From assembly GCA_024654445.1 (NCBI GenBank), contig JANLHP010000022.1, forward strand, positions 15,332 through 79,331: 64,000 nucleotides of DNA. The letters run 5' to 3'. Under the pieces are notes generated by a model that made no database searches, was not told where the DNA came from, and saw nothing but the letters and a program-made list of their open reading frames with translations. Below are positions 45,966-55,954 of the stretch, piece after piece. A program made the translations under genes and the position numbers. Numbering within the stretch: the first letter of the stretch is position 1; every line of letters starts with the position of its first letter. The DNA is from Candidatus Curtissbacteria bacterium. GTDB taxonomy: Bacteria > Patescibacteriota > Microgenomatia > Curtissbacterales > GWA2-41-24.

Positions 45966-47683
45966 ATTTGCATGTCATTTGGACTAATAGGCTCGATAAG
46001 CTTTTGCTTACTGTCGCAAACTACTTCGACAAAAATTGGGTTGTCGTCAGCCATGATTTTTTTAAGTTTTTCACTAATATCCTGCCACCTGTCGATGATT
46101 TCATAGTTCAGGTCAAAAGCCTCGGCAACTCGCCTTAAATTTAAAACCGCTATCCCCGTTTTATCATCCGAGCCGATACGCCTCCCTTCAAAAAAAGTAT
46201 CCTGCCATCTCCTCATAGAAACATAGCCGCCATTATTGATTACAAAGACCTTTACATTAAGTCCATAATAAGAAATTGTCTTCAATTCCTGAATATTGAG
46301 CTCAAGTGAACCATCTCCCGTCACCGCAAGAATTTGAGAATTCTTATCTTCGACACTCGCGCCGATTGCCAAAGGAATACTAAGCCCCATGGCCCCAAAA
46401 GTGCCGGATGTTATTTCTCTTTGGCCGCTATTAAATTGCCACACCTGACCGCCTATGTAATAATTCGACCCTGAATCTGTCACCATAACGTGGTTTTTAT
46501 TGGCCATCTGATCCAATTTGTACATGAAGTAATAAAGATCAATTGGATTCCTTTTCATACTCTTGTCAACTGCCGGATATTTAGCTTTCAGTTCCTGACA
46601 ACTTTTGAGCCAAGCTCGTCTCTCAACTGAAATTTTCCTTGGAAGTTTTAGGTAAAGGTGCTCGATAAAATCTTTGACATCGTAGTTCAAAGAAATATCA
46701 ATTTTGACACCAGGTTTTTTCAGTTCATCGCCCTCTATGTCAACGACTGCTATTTTTGCGCGCCTGTCAAAGCAATCCAAGTTAGGACCGACAAAAGGAA
46801 TTGCGAGTCTGCTTCCAAGAACAAAAACAAAATCGGCCTGTTTCATAACTTGATTGGAAAAACGATTTCCCCTAATCCCCGCGAGCCCCATATTGTGCTC
46901 ATCACTATAAGGAAGAATATCTATACCCAGCCTGGAAAAAGCAACAGGCGCACCGCAGGAGTCGACAAGTTTTTTAAAAGATCCAATTGCTTTTCCTTGT
47001 CTAATTCCGTGTCCGGCGACAATTAGAGGCCTCTTTGATTTGCCAAACATCGTCAGTACTCTTGAAACATCTCTTTGGAGATTCCTGTTTAAATTGTTCT
47101 TGGGCACCTTAAAACCCTTAAGGCTGAGGGGGTCAACAAGGGCACTCTGGACATCGTGGGGAATGTCGAGCCAAACCGGGCCGGGTCTTCCACTTGTTGC
47201 CAAATAAAGCGCTTTTTCTAAATGATATCTGATTGAAGTTGGGTTTGTGATTATTTGTGCGTATTTTGTCATAGGTTTTACAACCGGGATAATATTAATT
47301 TCTGCCGTACCGAAACTCCTCAAGCTCTTAAGGTTAACCTTATGAGTTGTGTGTCTTAATTCCACTTGTCCTGAAATCACTAAAACAGGAGCAGCGTCTA
47401 CCCAAGCTTCTGCAAGACCGGGAATTGCGTTCGTTGCTCCCGGCCCCGCTGTTAGGCAAACCACGCCTGGGGACTGTTTTAACCTCGCATACGCTTCGGC
47501 CATCATCGGAGATGCTGCCTCATTTCGTACGCAATAGTAATTAATTTTTTTCTCCTTTGCTATCGCATCGTTCAAATACATAGCGCCGTAACCGGTCAAG
47601 AGAAAAATGTCTCTCATCCGGTTCTTGACTAAAAATTGCACGACATAATCGGCAACTCTAATTTTTTTGGGAGAATGCTTCAC
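45962..47683 (-). CDS. Second ThDP-dependent acetolactate-synthase-like carboligase
   Basis: RNE, TAGPG, GRPGPVWLDIP.DVQ, TGDGSLELN, NNGGY. Confidence 0.82.
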   Translation of the reverse strand: MKHSPKKIRVADYVVQFLVKNRMRDIFLLTGYGAMYLNDAIAKEKKINYYCVRNEAASPMMAEAYARLKQSPGVVCLTAGPGATNAIPGLAEAWVDAAPVLVISGQVELRHTTHKVNLKSLRSFGTAEINIIPVVKPMTKYAQIITNPTSIRYHLEKALYLATSGRPGPVWLDIPHDVQSALVDPLSLKGFKVPKNNLNRNLQRDVSRVLTMFGKSKRPLIVAGHGIRQGKAIGSFKKLVDSCGAPVAFSRLGIDILPYSDEHNMGLAGIRGNRFSNQVMKQADFVFVLGSRLAIPFVGPNLDCFDRRAKIAVVDIEGDELKKPGVKIDISLNYDVKDFIEHLYLKLPRKISVERRAWLKSCQELKAKYPAVDKSMKRNPIDLYYFMYKLDQMANKNHVMVTDSGSNYYIGGQVWQFNSGQREITSGTFGAMGLSIPLAIGASVEDKNSQILAVTGDGSLELNIQELKTISYYGLNVKVFVINNGGYVSMRRWQDTFFEGRRIGSDDKTGIAVLNLRRVAEAFDLNYEIIDRWQDISEKLKKIMADDNPIFVEVVCDSKQKLIEPISPNDMQI

Positions 47684-48726
47684 TAGAAAGGTCCCCTAAA
47701 CTTATTTTCGTAAGTGAAAAACTCTTCGCCTTTCAGGTTAGTGGATTTAAGTCCTAATTTCTCCTCAACCGACCGTACTATCACCTCGGCATTTGGATAA
47801 AAAAGATTTTCCAAAGGTCTCGTGCACGGTGCCGGCGCGAAAGCGAACCCGAGGCGTTTTACTGGAGATTTTAAACTTGAAAAACTTTTTTCAGAAATGA
47901 TTGCCGCCACCTCGGCGCTAAAACCACAAAAAGTCCAGTCATAGTCAGCAACAATTACATGTCCTGTTTTTTCGACCGATTTTAGAATCGTCTCGCTGTC
48001 AAAAGGATAAATCGACCGGGCGTCTACTACTTCTGCACTAATTCCTCGCTTCTTCAAAATATTTGCGGCGTGGATTGCCTCCACATTCATATAAGATGTA
48101 GCAACAATCGTGATGTCACCTCCGCGCCTCAACACATTCGCTTTACCAAGCGGAACTAGCTTATTTTCATCGTCAACTTTATCCACAACGTCATAAAGCA
48201 TGCGATGCTCAAGAACGATAACCGGATTTTCGTCTCTTATTGCAGAGATCAAAAGCCCTTTCGCGTCATGGGGAGTAGTTGGCATCACAACTTTAAGTCC
48301 CGGTAAATGGGCAAAATATGATTGAAGGCTTTTACTGTGTTGATAAGCCTGACCCCACCCTTTTCCGATAATCGCCCTGATAACAAGCGGCACCTTAAGC
48401 TTACCCCCGGAACCGTAATGGAAACTCGACACCATATTTGCAAGCTGGTTCATTGCAAGCAGCAAAAAATCAACCCTTATGTGGACATTTATAGGTTTAA
48501 GTCCTGACACTGCTGCGCCTAGCCCAAAACCCACAAGGGAATCTTCACAAAGAGGAGTGCTAAAAACCCTATCGCCGAATTCCTCTTTCAGTCCAATCGT
48601 TGAACCGAAAATGCCTTTAAAGTCAGCAACATCTATTCCGTAAATAAAAACGTTTTTATCGCGCTTCATTTCTTCCTGAAGCCCTTCCCTTATTGCATCT
48701 CTATAACTGATTCTTCTACTTTTCAT
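47683..48726 (-). CDS. 2-oxoacid dehydrogenase E1 beta-like subunit
   Basis: DAIRE, TPLCE, QHS.S, PGLKVV.P, DENPVI.LEHR. Start set at ATG 48726. Confidence 0.88.
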   Translation of the reverse strand: MKSRRISYRDAIREGLQEEMKRDKNVFIYGIDVADFKGIFGSTIGLKEEFGDRVFSTPLCEDSLVGFGLGAAVSGLKPINVHIRVDFLLLAMNQLANMVSSFHYGSGGKLKVPLVIRAIIGKGWGQAYQHSKSLQSYFAHLPGLKVVMPTTPHDAKGLLISAIRDENPVIVLEHRMLYDVVDKVDDENKLVPLGKANVLRRGGDITIVATSYMNVEAIHAANILKKRGISAEVVDARSIYPFDSETILKSVEKTGHVIVADYDWTFCGFSAEVAAIISEKSFSSLKSPVKRLGFAFAPAPCTRPLENLFYPNAEVIVRSVEEKLGLKSTNLKGEEFFTYENKFRGPF

Positions 48727-49684
48727 GAAATACGTTTTTATAAAGTTCCGCAGGATTAGGGAAAGCTGAATTCCTGGCTTTTTTAAAGGATCTTTCGACC
48801 GCAAGATCAATGTCCTTGCAAATTTTATCCAGTTCCCCCTTGCCGACCCCCAGCTTTTTGAGTTTTGACGCCAGAATTTTTAAAGGATCGACTTTAAGCC
48901 ATTTCTGGTACTCCTCTTGTGATCTGTAACCGGCACTAAAATCTTCGTGGGTACCTACATGTTCCAGATATCTATAGTACTTTAGGTAAATAAATGCTGG
49001 GGTCTGTTTTGCAAAAATTGCATTTTTAGCACGGCTTGCAAGATTAAAGACGACTTCAGCGTCCGTCGAAGTGGAAGAAAAAACGGAACAGTTAAACCTT
49101 GAAACAATAGCCGAAATCGATTTATATCCATGTCTAAGCGCGGGTGGCGTATGAACGGCAAAACCATTGTCTTCGCAAACAAAGAGAACAGGAAGCTTAA
49201 AAAGGCTTGCCATATTTAAACTCTCCCAAAAACTACCTTCATCTATTGCCCCATCCCCAAAAAAAACGGCGCTTACGCCTCTTGTTCCTTTCTTTTTCAG
49301 CGCATAAGCTGACCCAACCGCAACAGGAATAGTGCTTGCAACAACCGCAGAAGTTGCAACCAAACCCCGATCCGGATCAGACAGATGCATCGAACCACCT
49401 TTACCGCGAACAACCCCGCTCTCCCGCCCAAACATTTCAGAAAAAAACCTAAAAGTATCTCCGCTTCTTGCCAGATAAAGGCCATGACTTCTATAAGTTC
49501 CAAAAAGAAGATCAAGGCCGGATAGGGCGCTGGCTACCCCAGAAACAATTGCCTCTTCACCCATAGACATGTGCATGGGTGTTTTCATTTCATTACTATC
49601 GTAGACTTCTATAATTTTTTCCTCAGCTCTTCTGATAAGATAGGCTTTTTCGAAGAGTTTAAGGTTTAAATTTTTGCGAGTCAT
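48716..49684 (-). CDS. 2-oxoacid dehydrogenase E1 alpha-like subunit
   Basis: H.S.GEEA, YRSH, GKGGSMH, FFGDGA..EG, CEDN, YRY..H. Confidence 0.88.
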   Translation of the reverse strand: MTRKNLNLKLFEKAYLIRRAEEKIIEVYDSNEMKTPMHMSMGEEAIVSGVASALSGLDLLFGTYRSHGLYLARSGDTFRFFSEMFGRESGVVRGKGGSMHLSDPDRGLVATSAVVASTIPVAVGSAYALKKKGTRGVSAVFFGDGAIDEGSFWESLNMASLFKLPVLFVCEDNGFAVHTPPALRHGYKSISAIVSRFNCSVFSSTSTDAEVVFNLASRAKNAIFAKQTPAFIYLKYYRYLEHVGTHEDFSAGYRSQEEYQKWLKVDPLKILASKLKKLGVGKGELDKICKDIDLAVERSFKKARNSAFPNPAELYKNVFHEK

Positions 49685-50674
49685 TTATCTTGCATAGTAA
49701 TCTCTCCAGTAATCGAGCATATCAAGAAGCGTTTTTTCAAAGGGAATTTCAGCCTTCCAACCGGTTTCGCGACTAAACTTACCAACAGCAGGAATTTGAA
49801 GTGTGACATCAGAAGGCCTCAACCTTTTTTTGTCAACTATGATTTTTATATCATCTCGCGTCGACATTTTTATTAGCTTATTTAACATCTGCCCAATAGT
49901 CATCGTTTCAACTCCGCCAATATTATAAACTTCGCCTGCTCTACACCTGGTAACCAAAAGCCAGTAAGCGCGAACAGCATCCCTCACGTCCATAAAAGTT
50001 CTGACGCTTTTTAAATTTCCGACATACACAGTTGGCTTTTGTTTGCCAGCCTCGATGGCTGCAACTTGCTTTGCGAAATTCGAGGGCGCAAAAACTTCAC
50101 CCCTTCTTGGACCCTCGTGTGTAAACATGCGTGTTCTTATCGCCCTAATTTTCCAAGACGACCAATACTGAAAACCCAACATGTCCTCTGCAACTTTAGA
50201 AACCGCGTAAGGCGATGCCGGCCTAAAAGGATTAGTTTCGACAATAGGTATTTCGCTTTTCAAAACCTGTCCGTAAACTTCGGAAGAGCTGCAAACATGA
50301 ATAATTGGGTCATAACCCTTTTCATCTTTTAGCTGTTTAACATTCTCCAAAAGATTGCCCGTTCCAATAACATTCGCTTCAAGCGTCCCAATTGGAGCGA
50401 TAAAACTAAAATCTACATAAGATTGCGCGGCAAGATGAAAAATAACGTCGGGCTTATGTTTTAAAAGTACACCGCGAGTGGAAAAGGGATCAACCAAATC
50501 GCCGTATTCTAAAATTACACGATCCAAAACGTGCTTTATGTTATCTTTTGGAGATCTCCACCTGACGAATCCGACAACTTCAACTCCCGGCTGGTTCTCT
50601 AGAATATAATCCACCATATGACTTCCCACAAATCCGGTTATACCCGTAATTAATACTTTTTTGATTTGTCCCAT
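49685..50674 (-). CDS. GDP-mannose/GDP-heptose 4,6-dehydratase
   Basis: ITGITGFVGS, HLAAQSYV, SSSEVYG, SPYAVSK, FTHEGPRRG, LRPSD. Confidence 0.85.
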   Translation of the reverse strand: MGQIKKVLITGITGFVGSHMVDYILENQPGVEVVGFVRWRSPKDNIKHVLDRVILEYGDLVDPFSTRGVLLKHKPDVIFHLAAQSYVDFSFIAPIGTLEANVIGTGNLLENVKQLKDEKGYDPIIHVCSSSEVYGQVLKSEIPIVETNPFRPASPYAVSKVAEDMLGFQYWSSWKIRAIRTRMFTHEGPRRGEVFAPSNFAKQVAAIEAGKQKPTVYVGNLKSVRTFMDVRDAVRAYWLLVTRCRAGEVYNIGGVETMTIGQMLNKLIKMSTRDDIKIIVDKKRLRPSDVTLQIPAVGKFSRETGWKAEIPFEKTLLDMLDYWRDYYAR

Positions 50675-50747
50675 TGTCTAAAGATTTGAAAGGCAGAAAG
50701 TGATCTTGCTAACATTAGTTTTAAAAACTAAATATATACCCATTTTG

Positions 50748-52031
50748 TTAATCATTCAATGAATGTCTCTGCCATTTAAGCATGGGCCTTACGACGCCAG
50801 GATAAAATCCTGTTGAGTGTCCGCGAACCGAGTTTCCTTCAGTCGGATCAACTACATCAAAAACAACCGCGTCAGGAACATCGACCTCTCGCGTCTTGCC
50901 ACTCTCCTCATCAACGACAGTAACCCTAGCAGAAAAAACTCCTTCAGATAAAAAATTTCCCGGAATCACACATCTACTTTTATATTTTCCACTTTTTTTC
51001 ATTCTGATTTTCCTGTCTATATCCTCAGCAGAATTAAAAATGGTTAGGCCTTCACTATTTATAATTTGTAAATTGCATCCGACCCAGCGGTCCCCATTCG
51101 CAGAAAAGCTCTGCTTATTTTTCAAAACCTCAAATTCGACTTCTACGGTTATAGGTTTTCGTATATCAAAAGTATTAGACAAGCGATTATGCTTATCCAA
51201 GGCTTTGACGTTGATAAGCCGCACAACATTATTCGCAAACATACGGCTCGCAACCCTTTTTTTAAGTGAAGCATTGCTCCTTGTTTCTTCCAAATACCTC
51301 GAGACTATTTTTTCAGCGTTGCCGTCTGCAACAATTTTTCCGTCTTTTAAATAGATAACGCGCCGACAGATATTTATAACTGCAGGCAGATTATGAGAAA
51401 CAAAAAGGACAGTTCTGCCCTGCTTACTTACATCCTGCATTTTCCCCAGACTTTTCGATTGAAACGCTGCATCACCCACCGAAAGAACCTCATCGACAAT
51501 AAGTATTTCGGGTTCCAAATGAGCAGCCACAGCAAAAGCCAGCCTTGTATACATTCCAGAAGAATAATGTTTAACCGGCAGATCTAAAAATTTCTCCATC
51601 TCGGCAAAAGAAACAATCTCGTCAAATTTAGACTTTATTTCCAATCGAGTCATGCCCAAAATGGAACCATTTAAAAAAATATTCTCTCGTCCTGTCAGCT
51701 CCGGATGAAATCCGGTCCCAACTTCAAGCAAACTCGCAGTACGCCCCCTGAGTGTAATTTTTCCTTTTGTGGGAGGAGTAATCTGAGAAAGAATCTTCAG
51801 TAGCGTGCTTTTGCCGGCGCCATTTTTACCGATAATACCGACAACTTCGCCAGCGCCAACGTTGAAAGAAACGTTCTTTAGAGGCCAGAACTCATCTTCT
51901 CTTTTTGAACTAAAAACAGATAAAGGGTTTTTGGCAATTTGAGCAATCGAGTCACGAAGTGAATAATATTGTTGTCTTTCCGCAACCCTATATTTTTTAG
52001 AAACCGATTTAACTTCGATAATCGAACTCAT
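50748..52031 (-). CDS. wzt: Polysaccharide ABC transporter ATPase with Wzt_C domain
   Basis: GKNGAGKST, LLEVGTGFHPELTGREN, YSSGM, DEVLSVGD, C-terminal beta domain. Confidence 0.92.
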   Translation of the reverse strand: MSSIIEVKSVSKKYRVAERQQYYSLRDSIAQIAKNPLSVFSSKREDEFWPLKNVSFNVGAGEVVGIIGKNGAGKSTLLKILSQITPPTKGKITLRGRTASLLEVGTGFHPELTGRENIFLNGSILGMTRLEIKSKFDEIVSFAEMEKFLDLPVKHYSSGMYTRLAFAVAAHLEPEILIVDEVLSVGDAAFQSKSLGKMQDVSKQGRTVLFVSHNLPAVINICRRVIYLKDGKIVADGNAEKIVSRYLEETRSNASLKKRVASRMFANNVVRLINVKALDKHNRLSNTFDIRKPITVEVEFEVLKNKQSFSANGDRWVGCNLQIINSEGLTIFNSAEDIDRKIRMKKSGKYKSRCVIPGNFLSEGVFSARVTVVDEESGKTREVDVPDAVVFDVVDPTEGNSVRGHSTGFYPGVVRPMLKWQRHSLND

Positions 52032-52855
52032 GCAATATCGGCAAAGAATCTTTCTGTCACCCTAAAATAAGTGAGACCAATAACAAACACGATTAACGAA
52101 AAAACTGAGGATATAAAAAGCACGCCCAAGTCTACCCTGCCTGATCCGGAAAGGACTATCCTCATGGTCTCAATTACACCAGTCATTGGGTTGAAGGCTA
52201 AAATAGGTCTAAAAGAATCCCTTACAACCGCAGAGGGATAAATAACGGGAGTCAAAAAAAGCATAGATTGAATAAAAAAAGGCAAAATGTATCTAACGTC
52301 CCTGTACCTCACATTAAATGAAGCAAGAAAAAGGCCAATTCCGGAAGAAGTCAAAAAAATAATCAGAATTACAATTGGCAAATAAATAAAAATGGTAGGC
52401 GAAGGAACGAACCCAAAATAAAAAGTAACAATCAAAACAACCAAAAACGCAATCGCAAAATCAACAAACGAGGTAATGATTGCTGAAATTGGAAGTATTT
52501 CCCTCGGAAAATAAACCTTCTTTATTATATTGACATTTTCGACCATCGAATTACTCGCTGCAGTTACACTTGCGGAAAAAAATATCCAAAATACAAGACC
52601 AATAAATACAAATAATTCATAAGGCAAATTTCCGGAAGGAATATTGGCAAGCCTGCCAAAAAAAATAGTAAATATTCCTGTCGTTGCCAGGGGTTGGAAA
52701 ATAACCCAAATTATTCCAAGGAAAGTCTGCTTATAGCGTACTTTGATGTCTCTCCAGGAAAGAATAAAAAAAAGTTCTCTATATCGCCACAATTCTTTTA
52801 AACTTACCAAATGCCATTTTTGTTTTGGTGCAATTGTAAGCTCATAATTTTTCAT
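52028..52855 (-). CDS. wzm: Polysaccharide ABC transporter permease
   Basis: RDIKVRYKQT.LG..W, KVYFPR, RYRD, TPVIYP, NP. Start set at ATG 52855. Confidence 0.92.
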   Translation of the reverse strand: MKNYELTIAPKQKWHLVSLKELWRYRELFFILSWRDIKVRYKQTFLGIIWVIFQPLATTGIFTIFFGRLANIPSGNLPYELFVFIGLVFWIFFSASVTAASNSMVENVNIIKKVYFPREILPISAIITSFVDFAIAFLVVLIVTFYFGFVPSPTIFIYLPIVILIIFLTSSGIGLFLASFNVRYRDVRYILPFFIQSMLFLTPVIYPSAVVRDSFRPILAFNPMTGVIETMRIVLSGSGRVDLGVLFISSVFSLIVFVIGLTYFRVTERFFADIA

Positions 52856-52875
52856 TGTCGGTGTTAGCCTTCTTG

Positions 52876-53823
52876 TTATTGTGCTCTTAACCATTCAACA
52901 TATTTTGTAAGGCCCGCAGTAAACTGAACTTTTGGCTCCCACCCCAAAAGTTTTTTAGCTTTTACAATATTTGCCCATGTATTTTCAACATCACCGTTTT
53001 GCATAGGCATATTTTTAATAACAGCTTTTAAAGAAAGCAACTTTTCTAAAGTTTCAATAAACTCATTTAATGAAACCGGGTTACTGTTTCCCAAATTTAT
53101 GATCTCAAAATCCAAGTCAGTTTCGAGAGTTTTTACTATGCCGTCAATAATATCATCAATGTACGTATAATCTCGACTGCTATCTCCCTCGCCAAACTTT
53201 ATAATGGGTTTGTCTTCAAGTATGGCGTTAGTAAAAAGTGAAGGCGCCATGTCAACTCTACCCTTCGGACCATAGACCGTAAAAAATCGCAAAATTACAA
53301 TTTTAAGGCCGAAATTTTTATGAAAGCTCCTAGCAAAAAACTCTGCAGCTCTCTTAGAAGCTCCGTATGGAGAAACAATATTTTCGCAAAGATCATCTTC
53401 GGTGAACGGAATTTGCTTGCTGTTTCCATAAACGGAAGAAGAAGAGCCGAATATAAACTGCTTCACGTTCATGTCGCTAGCTGCCTTTAGAAGATTTGTT
53501 GTTCCCAAAACATTCACTTGTGAATACAGAAGCGGGTCCTCTATTGAAGGACGAACACCGGCCCTCGCCGCCAAATGGATAATCTTGTCAAATTTTTCGA
53601 CTTTAAATATCTCAGTAAGCTTTTTAAAGTCCAATATGTCAGCGCGAAACAATTTAAAATTTTTAGAACCAAGAACGTGATCAAGATTCCTCTCTTTAAT
53701 TTGTGGGTCGTAATAATTATTAAAGTTGTCAATTCCAACTACAGCATGTCCATCGCCAAGGAGTCTCTCAACAAGAGTCGAACCGACAAAACCTGCACAA
53801 CCTGTTACTAATATTTTGTGCAT
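52876..53823 (-). CDS. UDP-glucuronate 4-epimerase-like
   Basis: HLAARAGVRPS, SSSSVYG, SPYGASK, RFFTVYGP, RDYTYIDD. Confidence 0.8.
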   Translation of the reverse strand: MHKILVTGCAGFVGSTLVERLLGDGHAVVGIDNFNNYYDPQIKERNLDHVLGSKNFKLFRADILDFKKLTEIFKVEKFDKIIHLAARAGVRPSIEDPLLYSQVNVLGTTNLLKAASDMNVKQFIFGSSSSVYGNSKQIPFTEDDLCENIVSPYGASKRAAEFFARSFHKNFGLKIVILRFFTVYGPKGRVDMAPSLFTNAILEDKPIIKFGEGDSSRDYTYIDDIIDGIVKTLETDLDFEIINLGNSNPVSLNEFIETLEKLLSLKAVIKNMPMQNGDVENTWANIVKAKKLLGWEPKVQFTAGLTKYVEWLRAQ

Positions 53824-53825
53824 AT

Positions 53826-54782
53826 TTACGAAGTTGATCTGAAGTATTCGATGGTTTTCTGAAGACCTTCCTCAAGCGGTATTTTTGGTTGCCACCCGAG
53901 GTCTCTTTTCGCTTTGTTCGTATTAGGCTTCCTGATAAGAGGGTCATCTTCAGGTAAAGGCTCGGAAAAAATAATTTCGCTGGAGCTATTAGTAAGCGCC
54001 TTTATCATTTGCGCAAACTGTAAAATTGTTTTTTCGTCGTCATTACCAAGATTATATATCTCTCCACTACTGCCTTCTTCCATTGCGGCAATTTGTCCCT
54101 CTATTTGATCGTCAACGTAACAAAAAGATCTCGTCTGTTTTCCGTCGCCATATATAGTAATTCGTTCCCCAGAAAGTGCCTGATTTATAAAATTAACAAC
54201 CGCTCTCCCTTCGCTTGGATTCATCCTTGGGCCATAAGTATTAAAAATTCTGGTGATTCGCCCATCAAGTCCTTTCTTTCTCACAAAAGCGGAAACAATT
54301 GTCTCCCCAAATCTTTTTGCCTCATCGTAAACCGATCTTGGGCCAATCGTTGAAACATTTCCCCTGTAATCCTCACCCTGAGGAGACCTTTCCGGGTCGC
54401 CATACACCTCGCTCGTCGAGGCAAAACTTAATTTAGCGCCATGACGAGCGGCAAGCTCACACATATTCCAAGTTCCCGTTGTGTTTACGAGCATCGTTTC
54501 AAAAGGATGAGCCAAATAAGAAAATGGCGAGTTGGAATTTGGATCAGCCGGGGAAGCGAGGTGGTAAATCTTATTAAATTTAAATTTACGATTCGAAAAA
54601 GGTTTTATTACATCATGGTTTATGAAAGTAAAGTTCTTATCGTTAAGAAGATGCGCAATATTCTTTTGAGAACCTGTTATCAAATTGTCAACGCAAACAA
54701 CTTCGCTTCCCTCACCAAGCAATTTTTCAGAAAGGTGACTTCCTAAAAATCCAGCCCCACCAGTTACAAGCACCGTCTCCAT
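53826..54782 (-). CDS. UDP-glucuronate decarboxylase (UDP-xylose synthase family)
   Basis: HLASPA, ASTSEVYGDP, YDEAKR, RIFNTYGPRM, QTRSFCYV, DDP..R.P. Confidence 0.88.
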   Translation of the reverse strand: METVLVTGGAGFLGSHLSEKLLGEGSEVVCVDNLITGSQKNIAHLLNDKNFTFINHDVIKPFSNRKFKFNKIYHLASPADPNSNSPFSYLAHPFETMLVNTTGTWNMCELAARHGAKLSFASTSEVYGDPERSPQGEDYRGNVSTIGPRSVYDEAKRFGETIVSAFVRKKGLDGRITRIFNTYGPRMNPSEGRAVVNFINQALSGERITIYGDGKQTRSFCYVDDQIEGQIAAMEEGSSGEIYNLGNDDEKTILQFAQMIKALTNSSSEIIFSEPLPEDDPLIRKPNTNKAKRDLGWQPKIPLEEGLQKTIEYFRSTS

Positions 54783-54790
54783 GTAATCAT

Positions 54791-54799
54791 ATTTTAACA
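54791..54799 (-). promoter_or_regulatory. Extended -10 promoter (TGtTAAAAT)
   Basis: TGnTAAAAT 8 nt upstream of ATG 54782. Confidence 0.45.
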
Positions 54800-54817
54800 G
54801 GATGAATTAACTTTTTA

Positions 54818-55954
54818 CTAAACAACTTTTTCAAGAACTGCGGCAATGTAATCCATTTCAGACTTTTTAAGTTTGGGATACATTGGAAGCCTTATCAATG
54901 TTGCCGCGATCTCTTCCGTCACTGGCAAGTCTCCCGCTTTATATCCCATCTTCCTACCCATCACAGAAGTATGAAGTGGTAAATAATGGAAAGAGGCTTC
55001 AATTCCATACGACCTAAGAGATTTTATAACTCGAGCCCTTGCTAGCCTTGGAACGCGAATTGCGAAAATATGCCAATCACACTCAAGATTCTCATCCCTG
55101 AACGGAAGAATCAGTTTAGACGATAATGGTTCCAACTTTTTTAAAAAGTACTCTGCATTCTTTCTTCTCATTTCAGTAATTGTGTCTAATTTTTTGATTT
55201 GTTCAAGCGCAATCGCGCTCAGGATATCGGAAAGAACAAGACTTCTGCCAACACTTACCCAGGAATATTTTTTCTTCTCCCCCCTCATAAACGAAGATCT
55301 ATCCGTCCCTTTTTCTCTTATAATTTCCGCCATTCTGTGAAGCTTCAAATCGCCCGTTACAAAAATACCCCCTTCGCCGCTCGCCGCGTTTTTTGTTCCA
55401 TGAAAAGAATAACAACCCACTTTACCTATCGTTCCTAAAAATTTACCATTATATTTTGATCCGAGCGCATGAGCAGCATCTTCCACAACATACAAATTAT
55501 GTTTTTTTGCGATTTGGTTAATTTTGTCCATGTCGCACGCGAGCCCCGCGTAGTGGACTACCATAATTGCTTTAGTCTTTTTTGTAATAAGTTTTTCAAT
55601 TTCTAGTGGGTTAATATTGTAAGTATTTATATCGATGTCACAAAAAACCGGTTTTGCTCCCGCAAGCAAAACAGCGTTAGCACAAGAAGAAAATGTAAAA
55701 CTTGGCAAAATGACTTCATCTCCACTCTTCAGTAAGCAAGCACACGCAAGCTCTAGCGCTGCTGTTCCAGAGTTTGTGGGGAGGACAAACTTTATACCAA
55801 ATTTATCAGAAATAGTTTTAGCCAGAACCTCGCCAAAAGAAAGGTCGCCAACGCCGGTGCCACTTCTCATCGCGGAAATTGCGGCTCTTTCTTCCTCTCT
55901 TCCCCAAAATGGCTTGTGAAGGGGAATGGTATAAGGAGTTGGCGTTAAATTCAT
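54818..55954 (-). CDS. wecE: NDP-4-amino-4,6-dideoxysugar aminotransferase (WecE/RffA-like)
   Basis: SGTAALE, PSFTF, VHYAG, SFHGTKN..GEGG, EKGTDRS.F.RG, FHYLPLH. Start 55954 in an ATGA overlap. Confidence 0.75.
   Translation of the reverse strand: MNLTPTPYTIPLHKPFWGREEERAAISAMRSGTGVGDLSFGEVLAKTISDKFGIKFVLPTNSGTAALELACACLLKSGDEVILPSFTFSSCANAVLLAGAKPVFCDIDINTYNINPLEIEKLITKKTKAIMVVHYAGLACDMDKINQIAKKHNLYVVEDAAHALGSKYNGKFLGTIGKVGCYSFHGTKNAASGEGGIFVTGDLKLHRMAEIIREKGTDRSSFMRGEKKKYSWVSVGRSLVLSDILSAIALEQIKKLDTITEMRRKNAEYFLKKLEPLSSKLILPFRDENLECDWHIFAIRVPRLARARVIKSLRSYGIEASFHYLPLHTSVMGRKMGYKAGDLPVTEEIAATLIRLPMYPKLKKSEMDYIAAVLEKVV

Noticed and set aside
45962-49684. Housekeeping pyruvate dehydrogenase or ilvB
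   Set aside because: No E2/E3, ilvH/N, ilvC or ilvD; the context is a GDP-sugar dehydratase operon.
50715-50731. Palindrome TTAGTTTT-A-AAAACTAA upstream of the GDP-sugar dehydratase
   Set aside because: Could be an operator, but it is very AT-rich, occurs once, and no regulator is present; insufficient support.
52908-52920. TAAGGCCCGCAGT resembling the first half of the element core
   Set aside because: Lacks the GACGAGGACCGCA half and lies in normally conserved coding sequence; probably chance.
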